Below are positions 1 to 15,000 of a DNA stretch of 64,000 nucleotides, one piece after another (positions within the stretch are counted from its first letter, which is position 1; every line of letters begins with the position of its first letter). Position numbers and translations under genes: made by a program. The DNA comes from Eledone cirrhosa (taxonomy: Eukaryota): assembly GCA_964016885.1 (NCBI GenBank), contig CAXHJY010000996.1, positions 1-64,000 of the forward strand, written 5' to 3'. A model generated the notes under the pieces. It was not told where the DNA came from, searched no databases, and saw only the letters and a program-made list of their open reading frames with translations.

Positions 1-3000
1 CACTGATATAGTGTGGACCTGTGATATAGTGTGGACCTGTGATATAGTGCGGACCTGTGATATAGTGTGGACCTGTGATATAGTGTGGACCTGTGATATA
101 GTGTGGACACTGATATAGTGTGGACCTGTGATATAGTGTGGACCTGTGATATAGTGTGGACCTGTGATATAGTGTGGACCTGTGATATAGTGTGGACCTG
201 TGATATAGTGTGGACCACTGATATAGTGGACCACTGATATAGTGTGGACCACTGATATAGTGTGGACCTGTGATATAGTGTGGACCTGTGATATAGTGTG
301 GACCTGTGATATAGTGTGGACCACTGATATAGTGTGGACCACTGATATAGTGTGGACCACTGATATAGTGTGGACCTGTGATATAGTGTGGACCTGTGAT
401 ATAGTGTGGACCTGTGGTATAGTGTGGACCTGTGATATAGTGTGGACCACTGATATAGTGTGGACCTGTGATATAGTGTGGACCTGTGATATAGTGTGGA
501 CCTGTGATATAGTGTGGACCACTGATATAGTGTGGACCTGTGATATAGTGTGGACCTGTGATATAGTGTGGACCTGTGATATAGTGTGGACCTGTGATAT
601 AGTGTGTACCTGTGATATAGTGTGGACCACTGATATAGTGTGGACCTGTGATATAGTGTGGACCTGTGATATAGTGCGGACCTGTGATATAGTGTGGACC
701 TGTGATATAGTGTGGACCTGTGATATAGTGTGGACCACTGATATAGTGTGGACCTGTGATATAGTGTGGACCTGTGATATAGTGTGGACCTGTGATATAG
801 TGTGGACCTGTGATATAGTGTGGACCTGTGATATAGTGTGGACCTGTTATATAGTGTGGACCACTGATATAGTGTGGACCACTGATATAGTGTGGACCAC
901 TGATATAGTGTGGACCTGTGATATAGTGTGGACCTGTGATATAGTGTGGACCTGTGATATAGTGTGGACCACTGATATAGTGTGGACCACTGATATAGTG
1001 TGGACCACTGATATCGTGTGGACCTGTGATATAGTGTGGACCTGTGATATAGTGTGGACCTGTGATATAGTGTGGACCTGTGATATAGTGTGGACCACTG
1101 ATATAGTGTGGACCTGTGATATAGTGTGGACCTGTGATATAGTGTGGACCTGTGATATAGTGTGGACCTCTGATATAGTGTGGACCTGTGATATAGTGTG
1201 GACCTGTGATATAGTGTGGACCTGTGATATAGTGTGGACCTGTGATATAGTGTGGACCTGTGATATAGTGTGGACCACTGATATAGTGTGGACCTGTGAT
1301 ATAGTGTGGACCTGTGATATAGTGTGGACCTGTGATATAGTGTGGACCTGTGATATAGTGTGGACCTGCTGATATAGTGTGGACCTGTGATATAGTGTGG
1401 ACCTGTGATATAGTGTGGACCTGTGATATAGTGTGGACCTGTGATATAGTGTGGACCTGTGATATAGTGTGGACCTGTGATATAGTGTGGACCTGTGATA
1501 TCGTGTGGACCTGTGATATAGTGTGGACCTGTGATATAGTGTGGACCTGTGATATAGTGTGGACCTGTGATATAGTGTGGACCTGTGATATAGTGTGGAC
1601 CTGTGATATAGTGTGGACCTGTGATATAGTGTGGACCTGTGATATAGTGTGGACCTGTGATATAGTGTGGACCTGTGATATAGTGTGGACCTGTGATATA
1701 GTGTGGACCTGTGATATAGTGTGGACCTGTGATATAGTGTGGACCTGTGATATAGTGTGGACCACTGATATAGTGTGGACCTGTGATATAGTGTGGACCT
1801 GTGATATAGTGTGGACCTGTGATATAGTGTGGACCTGTGATATAGTGTGGACCTGTGATATAGTGTTGACCTGTGATATAGTGTGGACCTGTGATATAGT
1901 GTGGACCTGTGATATAGTGTGGACCTGTGATATAGTGTGGACCTGTGATATAGTGTGGACCTGTGATATAGTGTGGACCTGTGATATAGTGTGGACCTGT
2001 GATATAGTGTGGACCTGTGATATAGTGTGGACCTGTGATATAGTGTGGACCTGTGATATAGTGTGGACCTGTGATATAGTGTGGACCTGTGATATAGTGT
2101 GGACCACTGATATAGTGTGGACCTGTGATATAGTGTGGACCTGTGATATAGTGTGGACCTGTGATATAGTGTGGACCTGTGATATAGTGTGGACCTGTGA
2201 TATAGTGTGGACCTGTGATATAGTGTGGACCTGTGATATAGTGTGGACCTGTGATATAGTGTGGACCTGTGATATAGTGTGGACCTGTGATATAGTGTGG
2301 ACCACTGATATAGTGTGGACCTGTGATATAGTGTGGACCACTGATATAGTGTGGACCTGTGATATAGTGTGGACCTGTGATATAGTGTGGACCTGTGATA
2401 TAGTGTGGACCTGTGATATAGTGTGGACCTGTGATATAGTGTGGACCTGTGATATAGTGTGGACCTGTGATATAGTGTGGACCACTGATATAGTGTGGAC
2501 CTGTGATATAGTGTGGACCTGTGATATAGTGTGGACCTGTGATATAGTGTGGACCTGTGATATAGTGTGGACCTGTGATATAGTGTGGACCACTGATATA
2601 GTGTGGACCTGTGATATAGTGTGGACCTGTGATATAGTGTGGACCTGTGATATAGTGTGGACCTGTGATATAGTGTGGACCTGTGATATAGTGTGGACCA
2701 CTGATATAGTGTGGACCTGTGATATAGTGTGGACCTGTGATATAGTGTGGACCTGTGATATAGTGTGGACCTGTGATATAGTGTGGACCTGTGATATAGT
2801 GTGGACCTGTGATATAGTGTGGACCTGTGATATAGTGTGGACCTGTGATATAGTGTGGACCTGTGATATAGTGTGGACCTGTGATATAGTGTGGACCTGT
2901 GATATAGTGTGGACCTGTGATATAGTGTGGACCACTGATATAGTGTGGACCTGTGATATAGTGTGGACCTCGTGATATAGTGTGGACCTGTGATATAGTG

Positions 3001-6000
3001 TGGACCTGTGATATAGTGTGGACCTGTGATATAGTGTGGACCTGTGATATAGTGTGGACCTGAAGTGACTATAGTGTGGACCTGTGATATAGTGTGGACC
3101 TGTGATATAGTGTGGACCTGTGATATAGTGTGGACCTGTGATATAGTGTGGACCTGTGATATAGTGTGGACCTGTGATATAGTGTGGACCTGTGATATAG
3201 TGTGGACCTGTGATATAGTGTGGACCTGTGATATAGTGTGGACCTGTGATATAGTGTGGACCTGTGATATAGTGTGGACCACTGATATAGTGTGGACCTG
3301 TGATATAGTGTGGACCTGTGATATAGTGTGGACCTGTGATATAGTGTGGACCTGTGATATAGTGTGGACCACTGTGATATAGTGTGGACCTGTGATATAG
3401 TGTGGACCTGTGATATAGTGTGGACCTGTGATATAGTGTGGACCTGTGATATAGTGTGGACCTCGTGATATAGTGTGGACCTGTGATATAGTGTGGACCT
3501 GTGATATAGTGTGGACCTGTGATATAGTGTGGACCTGTGATATAGTGTGGACCTGTGATATAGTGTGGACCTGTGATATAGTGTGGACCTGTGATATAGT
3601 GTGGACCTGTGATATAGTGTGGACCTGTGATATAGTGTGGACCTGTGATATAGTGTGGACCTGTGATATAGTGTGGACCTGTGATATAGTGTGGACCTGT
3701 GATATAGTGTGGACCTGTGATATAGTGTGGACCTGTGATATAGTGTGGACCTGTGATATAGTGTGGACCTGTGATATAGTGTGGACCTGTGATATAGTGT
3801 GGACCTGTGATATAGTGTGGACCTGTGATATAGTGTGGACCTGTGATATAGTGTGGACCTGTGATATAGTGTGGACCTGTGATATAGTGTGGACCCTGTG
3901 ATATAGTGTGGACCACTGATATAGTGTGGACCTGTGATATAGTGTGGACCTGTGATATAGTGTGGACCTGTGATATAGTGTGGACCTGTGATATAGTGTG
4001 GACCTGTGATATAGTGTGGACCACTGATATAGTGTGGACCTGTGATATAGTGTGGACCTGTGATATAGTGTGGACCTGTGATATAGTGTGGACCTGTGAT
4101 ATAGTGTGGACCTGTGATATAGTGTGGACCTGTGATATAGTGTGGACCACTGATATAGTGTGGACCTGTGATATAGTGTGGACCTGTGATATAGTGTGGA
4201 CCTGTGATATAGTGTGGACCTGTGATATAGTGTGGACCTGTGATATAGTGTGGACCAGCTGATATAGTGTGGACCTGTGATATAGTGTGGACCTGTGATA
4301 TAGTGTGGACCTGTGATATAGTGTGGACCTGTGATATAGTGTGGACCTGTGATATAGTGTGGACCTGTGATATAGTGTGGACCTGTGATATAGTGTGGAC
4401 CTGTGATATAGTGTGGACCTGTGATATAGTGTGGACCTGTGATATAGTGTGGACCTGTGATATAGTGTGGACCTGTGATATAGTGTGGACCTGTGATATA
4501 GTGTGGACCTGTGATATAGTGTGGACCTGTGATATAGTGTGGACCTGTGATATAGTGTGGACCTGTGATATAGTGTGGACCTGTGATATAGTGTGGACCT
4601 GTGATATAGTGTGGACCTGTGATATAGTGTGGACCTGTGATATAGTGTGGACCTGTGATATAGTGTGGACCTGTGATATAGTGTGGACCTGTGATATAGT
4701 GTGGACCTGTGATATAGTGTGGACCTGTGATATAGTGTGGACCTGTGATATAGTGTGGACCTGTGATATAGTGTGGACCTGTGATATAGTGTGGACCTGT
4801 GATATAGTGTGGACCTGTGATATAGTGTGGACCTGTGATATAGTGTGGACCTGTGATATAGTGTTGGACCTGTGATATAGTGTGGACCTGTGATATAGTG
4901 TGGACCTGTGATATAGTGTGGACCTGTGATATAGTGTGGACCTGTGATATAGTGTGGACCACTGATATCGTGTGGACCTGTGATATAGTGTGGACCTGTG
5001 ATATAGTGTTGGACCTGTGATATAGTGTGGACCTGTGATATAGTGTGGACCTGTGATATAGTGTGGACCCTGTAATATAGTGTGGAACCTGTGATATAGT
5101 GTTGACCTGTGATATAGTGTGGACCTGTGATAAAGTGTGGACCTGTGATATAGTGTGGACCACTGATATAGTGTGGACCTGTGATATAGTGTGGACCACT
5201 GATATAGTGTGGGTGATATAGTGTGGACCTGTGATATAGTGTGGACCTGTGATATAGTGTGGACCACTGATATAGTGTGGACCTGTGATATAGTGTGGAC
5301 CTGTGATATAGTGTGGACCTGTGATATAGTGTGGACCTGTGATATAGTGTGGACCTGTGATATAGTGTGGACCTGTGATATAGTGTGGACCTGTGATATA
5401 GTGTGGACCTGTGATATAGTGTGGACCTGTGATATAGTGTGGACCTGTGATATAGTGTGGACCACTGATATAGTGTGGACCACTGATATAGTGTGGACCT
5501 GTGATATAGTGTGGACCTGTGATATAGTGTGGACCTGTGATATAGTGTGGACCTGTGATATAGTGTGGACCACTGATATAGTGTGGACCTGTGATATAGT
5601 GTGGACCTGTGATATAGTGTGGACCTGTGATATAGTGTGGACCTGTGATATAGTGTGGACCTGTGATATAGTGTGGACCACTGATATAGTGTGGACCTGT
5701 GATATAGTGTGGACCTGTGATATAGTGTGGACCTGTGATATAGTGTGGACCTGTGATATAGTGTGGACCTGTGATATAGTGTGGACCACTGATATAGTGT
5801 GGACCTGTGATATAGTGTGGACCTGTGATATAGTGTGGACCTGTGATATAGTGTGGACCTGTGATATAGTGTGGACCTGTGATATAGTGTGGACCACTGA
5901 TATAGTGTGGACCTGTGATATAGTGTGGACCTGTGATATAGTGTGGACCTGTGATATAGTGTGGACCTGTGATATAGTGTGGACCTGTGATATAGTGTGG

Positions 6001-9000
6001 ACCTGTGATATAGTGTGGACCTGTGATATAGTGTGGACCTGTGATATAGTGTGGACCTGTGATATAGTGTGGACCTGTGATATAGTGTGGACCTGTGATA
6101 TAGTGTGGACCTGTGATATAGTGTGGACCTGTGATATAGTGTGGACCTGTGATATAGTGTGGACCTGTGATATAGTGTGGACCTGTGATATAGTGTGGAC
6201 CTGTGATATAGTGTGGACCTGTGATATAGTGTGGACCTGTGATATAGTGTGGACCTGTGATATAGTGTGGACCTGTGATATAGTGTGGACCTGTGATATA
6301 GTGTGGACCTGTGATATAGTGTGGACCTGTGATATAGTGTGGACCTGTGATATAGTGTGGACCTGTGATATAGTGTGGACCTGTGATATAGTGTGGACCT
6401 GTGATATAGTGTGGACCTGTGATATAGTGTGGACCTGTGATATAGTGTGGACCTGTGATATAGTGTGGACCTGTGATATAGTGTGGACCTGTGATATAGT
6501 GTGGACCTGTGATATAGTGTGGACCTGTGATATAGTGTGGACCTGTGATATAGTGTGGACCTGATATAGTGTGGACCTGTGATATAGTGTGGACCTGTGA
6601 TATAGTGTGGACCTGTGATATAGTGTGGACCTGTGATATAGTGTGGACCTGTGATATAGTGTGGACCTGTGATATAGTGTGGACCTGTGATATAGTGTGG
6701 ACCTGTGATATAGTGTGGACCTGTGATATAGTGTGGACCTGTGATATAGTGTGGACCTGTGATATAGTGTGGACCTGTGATATAGTGTGGACCTGTGATA
6801 TAGTGTGGACCTGTGATATAGTGTGGACCTGTGATATAGTGTGGACCAGTGATATAGTGTGGACCTGTGATATAGTGTGGACCTGTGATATAGTGTGGAC
6901 CTGTGATATAGTGTGGACCTGTGATATAGTGTGGACCTCTGATATAGTGTGGACCTGTGATATAGTGTGGACCTGTGATATAGTGTGGACCTGTGATATA
7001 GTGTGGACCTGTGATATAGTGTGGACCTGTGATATAGTGTGGACCTGTGATATAGTGTGGACCTGTGATATAGTGTGGACCTGTGATATAGTGTGGACCT
7101 GTGATATAGTGTGGACCTGTGATATAGTGTGGACCTGTGATATAGTGTGGACCACTGATATAGTGTGGACCTGTGATATAGTGTGGACCAGCTGATATAG
7201 TGTGGACCTGTGATATAGTGTGGACCTGTGATATAGTGTGGACCTGTGATATAGTGTGGACCTGTGATATAGTGTGGACCTGTGATATAGTGTGGACCTG
7301 TGATATAGTGTGGACCTGTGATATAGTGTGGACCTGTGATATAGTGTGGACCTGTGATATAGTGTGGACCTGTGATATAGTGTGGACCAGTGATATAGTG
7401 TGGACCTGTGATATAGTGTGGACCTGTGATATAGTGTGGACCTGTGATATAGTGTGGACCTGTGATATAGTGTGGACCTGTGATATAGTGTGGACCTGTG
7501 ATATAGTGTGGACCTGTGATATAGTGTGGACCTGTGATATAGTGTGGACCACTGATATAGTGTGGACCTGTGATATAGTGTGGACCTGTGATATAGTGTG
7601 GACCTTGATATAGTGTGGACCTGTGATATAGTGTGGACCTGTGATATAGTGTGGACCTGTGATATAGTGTGGACCTGTGATATAGTGTGGACCTGTGATA
7701 TAGTGTGGACCTGTGATATAGTGTGGACCTGTGATATAGTGTGGACCTGTGATATAGTGTGGACCACTGATATAGTGTGGACCTGTGATATAGTGTGGAC
7801 CTGTGATATAGTGTGGACCTGTGATATAGTGTGGACCTGTGATATAGTGTGGACCTGCTGATATAGTGTGGACCTCTGATATAGTGTGGACCTGTGATAT
7901 AGTGTGGACCTGTGATATAGTGTGGACCTGTGATATAGTGTGGACCTGTGATATAGTGTGGACCTGCTGATATAGTGTGGACCTGTGATATAGTGTGGAC
8001 CTGTGATATAGTGTGGACCTGTGATATAGTGTGGACCTGTGATATAGTGTGGATCCTGATATAGTGTGGACACTGATATAGTGTGGACCTGTGATATAGT
8101 GTGGACCTGTGATATAGTGTGGACCTGTGATATAGTGTGGACCTGTGATATAGTGTGGACCACTGATATAGTGTGGACCTGTGATATAGTGTGGACCTGT
8201 GATATAGTGTGGACCTGTGATATAGTGTGGACCTGTGATATAGTGTGGACCTGTGATATAGTGTGGACCTGTGATATAGTGTGGACCAGCTGATATAGTG
8301 TGGACCTGTGATATAGTGTGGACCTGTGATATAGTGTGGACCTGTGATATAGTGTGGACCTGTGATATAGTGTGGACCTGTGATATAGTGTGGACCAGTG
8401 ATATAGTGTGGACCACTGATATAGTGTGGACCCTGATATAGTGTGGACCTGTGATATAGTGTGGAATCTGTGATATAGTGTGGACCTGTGATATAGTGTG
8501 GACCTGTGATATAGTGTGGACCACTGATATAGTGTGGACCTGTGATATAGTGTGGACCTGTGATATAGTGTGGACCTGTGATATAGTGTGGACCTGTGAT
8601 ATAGTGTGGACCTGTGATATAGTGTGGACCTGTGATATAGTGTGGACCACTGATATAGTGTGGACCTGTGATATAGTGTGGACCTGTGATATAGTGTGGA
8701 CCTGTGATATAGTGTGGACCTGTGATATAGTGTGGACCTGTGATATAGTGTGGACCACTGATATAGTGTGGACCTCTGATATAGTGTGGACCCTGATATA
8801 GTGTGGACCTGTGATATAGTGGACCTGTGATATAGTGTGGACCTGTGATATAGTGTGGACCTGTGATATAGTGTGGACCTGTGATATAGTGTGGACCTGT
8901 GATATAGTGTGGACCTGTGATATAGTGTGGACCTGTGATATAGTGTGGACCTGTGATATAGTGTGGACCTGTGATATAGTGTGGACCTGTGATATAGTGT

Positions 9001-12000
9001 GGACCTGTGATATAGTGTGGACCACTGATATAGTGTGGACCTGTGATATAGTGTGGACCTGTGATATAGTGTGGACCTGTGATATAGTGTGGACCTGTGA
9101 TATAGTGTGGACCTGTGATATAGTGTGGACCTGTGATATAGTGTGGACCAGTGATATAGTGTGGACCTGTGATATAGTGTGGACCTGTGATATAGTGTGG
9201 ACCTGTGATATAGTGTGGACCACGTGATATAGTGTGGACCTGTGATATAGTGTGGACCACTGATATAGTGTGGACCTGTGATATAGTGTGGACCACTGAT
9301 ATAGTGTGGACCTGTGATATAGTGTGGACCTGTGATATAGTGTGGACCTGTGATATAGTGTGGACCTGTGATATAGTGTGGACCTGTGATATAGTGTGGA
9401 CCTGTGATATAGTGTGGACCTGTGATATAGTGTGGACCTGTGATATAGTGTGGACCTGTGATATAGTGTGGACCTGTGATATAGTGTGGACCTGTGATAT
9501 AGTGTGGACCACTGATATAGTGTGGACCTGTGATATAGTGTGGACCTGTGATATAGTGTGGACCTGTGATATAGTGTGGACCTGTGATATAGTGTGGACC
9601 ACTGATATAGTGTGGACCTGTGATATAGTGTGGACCTGTGATATAGTGTGGACCTGTGATATAGTGTGGACCTGTGATATAGTGTGGACCTGTGATATAG
9701 TGTGGACCACTGATATAGTGTGGACCTGTGATATAGTGTGGACCTGTGATATAGTGTGGACCTGTGATATAGTGTGGACCTGTGATATAGTGTGGACCTG
9801 TGATATAGTGTGGACCTCGTGATATAGTGTGGACCTGTGATATAGTGTGGACCACTGATATAGTGTGGACCTGTGATATAGTGTGGACCTGTGATATAGT
9901 GTGGACCTGTGATATAGTGTGGACCTGTGATATAGTGTGGACCACGTGATATAGTGTGGACCTGTGATATAGTGTGGACCTGTGATATAGTGTGGACCTG
10001 TGATATTGTGTGGACCTGTGATATAGTGTGGACCTGTGATATAGTGTGGACCACTGATATAGTGTGGACCTGTGATATAGTGTGGACCTGTGATATAGTG
10101 TGGAGCTGTGATATAGTGTGGACCTGTGATATAGTGTGGACCTGTGATATAGTGTGGACCTGTGATATAGTGTGGCCACTGATATAGTGTGGACCTGTGA
10201 TATAGTGTGGCCACTGATGATAGTGTGGACCTGTGATATAGTGTGGACGTGTGATATAGTGTGGACCTCTGATATAGTGTGGACCTGTGATATAGTGTTG
10301 ACCTGTGATATAGTGTGGAACTGTGATATAGTGTGGACCTGTGATATAGTGTGGACCTGTGATATAGTGTGGACCTGTGATATAGTGTGGACCTGTGATA
10401 TAGTGTGGACCTGTGATATAGTGTGGACCACTGATATAGTGTGGACCTGTGATATAGTGTGGACCTGTGATATAGTGTGGACCTGTGAATATAGTGTGGA
10501 CCTGTGATATAGTGTGGACCACTGATATAGTGTGGACCTCTGATATAGTGTGGACCTGTGATATAGTATGGAACTGTGATATAGTGTGGACCTGTGATAT
10601 AGTGTGGACCTGTGATATAGTGTGGACCTGTGATATAGTATGGAACTGTGATATAGTGTGGACCTGTGATATAGTGTGTACCTGTGATATAGTGTGGACC
10701 ACTGATATAGTGTGGATCACTGATATAGTGTGGACCACTGATATAGTGTGGACCTGTGATATAGTGTGGACCTGTGATATAGTGTGGACCTGTGATATAG
10801 TGTGGACCTGTGATATAGTGTGGACCACTGATATAGTGTGGACCTGTGATATAGTGTGGACCTGTGATATAGTGCGGACCTGTGATATAGTGTGGACCTG
10901 TGATATAGTGTGGACCTGTGATATAGTGTGGACCACTGATATAGTGTGGACCTGTGATATAGTGTGGACCTGTGATATAGTGTGGACCTGTGATATAGTG
11001 TGGACCTGTGATATAGTGTGGACCTGTGATATAGTGTGGACCTGTGATATAGTGTGGACCACTGATATAGTGTGGACCCTGATATAGTGTGACCCTGATA
11101 TAGTGTGGACCTGTGATATAGTGTGGACCTGTGATATAGTGTGGACCTGTGATATAGTGTGGACCTCTGATATAGTGTGGACCACTGATATAGTGTGGAC
11201 CACTGATATCGTGTGGACCTGTGATATAGTGTGGACCTGTGATATAGTGTGGACCTGTGGTATAGTGTGGACCTGTGATATAGTGTGGACCACTGATATA
11301 GTGTGGACCTGTGATATAGTGTGGACCTGTGATATAGTGTGGACCTGTGATATAGTGTGGACCTGATAGGGACCTGTGATATAGTGTGGACCTGTGATAT
11401 AGTGTGGACCTGTGATATAGTGTGGACCTGTGATATAGTGTGTACCTGTGATATAGTGTGGACCACTGATATAGTGTGGACCTGTGATATAGTGTGGACC
11501 TGTGATATAGTGTGGACCTGTGATATAGTGTGGACCTGTGATATAGTGTGGACCTCTGATATAGTGTGGACCTGTGATATAGTGTTGACCTGTGATATAG
11601 TGTGGAACTGTGATATAGTGTGGACCTGTGATATAGTGTGGACCTGTGATATAGTGTGGACCTGTGATATAGTGTGACCTCTGATATCGTGTGGACCTGT
11701 GATATAGTGTGGACCTGTGATATAGTGTGGACCTGTGATATAGTGTGGATCTGTGATATAGTGTGGACCTGTGATATAGTGTTGACCTGTGATATAGTGT
11801 GGACCTGTGATATAGTGTTGACCTGTGATATAGTGTTGACCTGTGATATAGTGTGGACCTGTGATATAGTGTGGACCTGTGATATAGTGTGGACCTGTGA
11901 TATAGTGTTGACCTGTGATATAGTGTTGACCTGTGATATAGTGTGGACCACTGATATCGTGTGGACCTGTGATATAGTGTTGACCTGTGATATAGTGTGG

Positions 12001-15000
12001 ACCTGTGATATAGTGTGGACCTGTGATATAGTGTGGACCTGTGATATAGTGTTGACCTGTGATATAGTGTGGACCTGTGATATAGTGTGGACCACTGATA
12101 TAGTGTGGACCTGTGATATAGTGTGGACCTGTGATATTGTGTGGACCTGTGATATAGTGTGGACATGTGATATAGTGTGGACCTGTGATATAGTGTGGAC
12201 CTGTGATATAGTGTGGCCACTGATATAGTGTGGACCTGTGATATAGTGTGGACCACTGATATAGTGTGGACCTGTGATATAGTGTGGACTGTGATATAGT
12301 GTGGACCTCTGATATAGTGTGGACCTGTGATATAGTGTGGACCTGTGATATAGTATGGAACTGTGATATAGTGTGGACCTGTGATATAGTGTGGACCTGT
12401 GATATAGTGTGGACCTGTGATATAGTGTGGACCTGTGATATAGTGTGGACCTGTGATATAGTGTGGACCACTGATATAGTGTGGACCTGTGATATAGTGT
12501 GGACCTGTGATATAGTGTGGACCTGTGATATAGTGTGGACCTGTGATATAGTGTGGACCACTGATATAGTGTGGACCTCTGATATAGTGTGGACCTGTGA
12601 TATAGTATGGAACTGTGATATAGTGTGGACCTGTGATATAGTGTGGACCTGTGATATAGTGTGGACCTGTGATATAGTATGGAACTGTGATATAGTGTGT
12701 ACCTGTGATATAGTGTGGACCTGTGATATAGTGTGGACCACTGATATAGTGTGGACCACTGATATAGTGTGGACCACTGATATAGTGTGGACCTGTGATA
12801 TAGTGTGGACCTGTGATATAGTGTGGACCTGTGATATAGTGTGGACCTGTGATATAGTGTGGACCACTGATATAGTGTGGACCTGTGATATAGTGTGGAC
12901 CTGTGATATAGTGTGGACCTGTGATATAGTGTGGACCTGTGATATAGTGTGGACCTGTGATATAGTGTGGACCTGTGATATAGTGTGGACCACTGATATA
13001 GTGTGGACCTGTGATATAGTGTGGACCTGTGATATAGTGTGGACCTGTGATATAGTGTGGACCTGTGATATAGTGTGGACCTGTGATATAGTGTGGACCA
13101 CTGATATAGTGTGGACCACTGATATAGTGTGGACCACTGATATAGTGTGGACCTGTGATATAGTGTGAATCTGTGATATAGTGTGGACCTGTGATATAGT
13201 GTGGACCTGTGATATAGTGTGGACCACTGATATAGTGTGGACCTGTGATATAGTGTGGACCTGTGATATAGTGCGGACCTGTGATATAGTGTGGACCTGT
13301 GATATAGTGTGGACCTGTGATATAGTGTGGACCTGTGATATAGTGTGGACCACTGATATAGTGTGGACCTGTGATATAGTGTGGACCTGTGATATAGTGT
13401 GGACCTGTGATATAGTGTGGACCTGTGATATAGTGTGGACCTGTGATATAGTGTGGACCACTGATATAGTGTGGACCACTGATATAGTGTGGACCACTGA
13501 TATCGTGTGGACCTGTGATATAGTGTGGACCTGTGATATAGTGTGGACCTGTGGTATAGTGTGGACCTGTGATATAGTGTTGACCTGTGATATAGTGTGG
13601 ACCTGTGATATATTGTGGACCTGTGATATAGTGTGGACCTGTGATATCGTGTGGACCTGTGATATAGTGTGGACCTGTGATATAGTGTTGACCTGTGATA
13701 TAGTGTGACCTGTGATATAGTGTGGACCACTGATATCGTGTGGACCTGTGATATAGTGTGGACCTGTGATATAGTGTTGACCTGTGATATAGTGTGGACC
13801 TGTGATATAGTGTGGAACTGTGATATAGTGTGGACCTGTAATATAGTGTGGAACTGTGATATAGTGTTGACCTGTGATATAGTGTGGACCTGTGATAAAG
13901 TGTGGACCTGTGATATAGTGTGGACCACTGATATAGTGTGGACCTGTGATATAGTGTGGACCACTGATATAGTGTGGACCTGTGATATAGTGTGGACCAC
14001 TGATATAGTGTGGACCTGTGATATAGTGTGGAACTGTGATATAGTGTGGACCTGTGATATAGTGTGGACCTGTGATATAGTGTGGACCTGTGATATAGTG
14101 TGGACCACTGATATAGTGTGGACCTGTGATATAGTGTGGAACTGTGATATAGTGTGGACCTGTGATATAGTGTGGACCTGTGATATAGTGTGGACCTGTG
14201 ATATAGTGTGGACCACTGATATAGTGTGGACCTGTGATATAGTGTGGACCTGTGATATAGTGTGGACCTGTGATATAGTGTGGACCTGTGATATACTGTG
14301 GACCACTGATATAGTGTGGACCTGTGATATAGTGTGGAACTGTGATATAGTGTGGACCTGTGATATAGTGTGGACCTGTGATATAGTGTGGACCTGTGAT
14401 ATAGTGTGGACCACTGATATAGTGTGGACCTGTGATATAGTGTGGACCTGTGATATAGTGTGGACCTGTGATATAGTGTGGACCTGTGATATAGTGTGGA
14501 CCTGTGATATAGTGTGGACCACTGATATAGCGTAGACCACTGATATAGTGTGGACCACTGATATAGTGTGGACCTGTGATATAGTGTGGACCTGTGATAT
14601 AGTGTGGACCTGTGATATAGTGTGGACCTGTGATATAGTGTGGACCACTGATATAGTGTGGACCTGTGATATAGTGTGGACCTGTGATACAGTGTGGACC
14701 TGTGATATTGTGTGGACCTGTGATATAGTGTGGACCTGTGATATAGTGTGGACCACTGATATAGTGTGGACCTGTGATATAGTGTGGACCTGTGATATAG
14801 TGTGGAGCTGTGATATAGTGTGGACCCGTGATATAGTGTGGACCTGTGATATAGTGTGGACCTGTGATATAGTGTGGCCACTGATATAGTGTGGACCTGT
14901 GATATAGTGTGGCCACTGATATAGTGTGGACCTGTGATATAGTGTGGACGTGTGATATAGTGTGGACCTCTGATATAGTGTGGACCTGTGATATAGTGTT

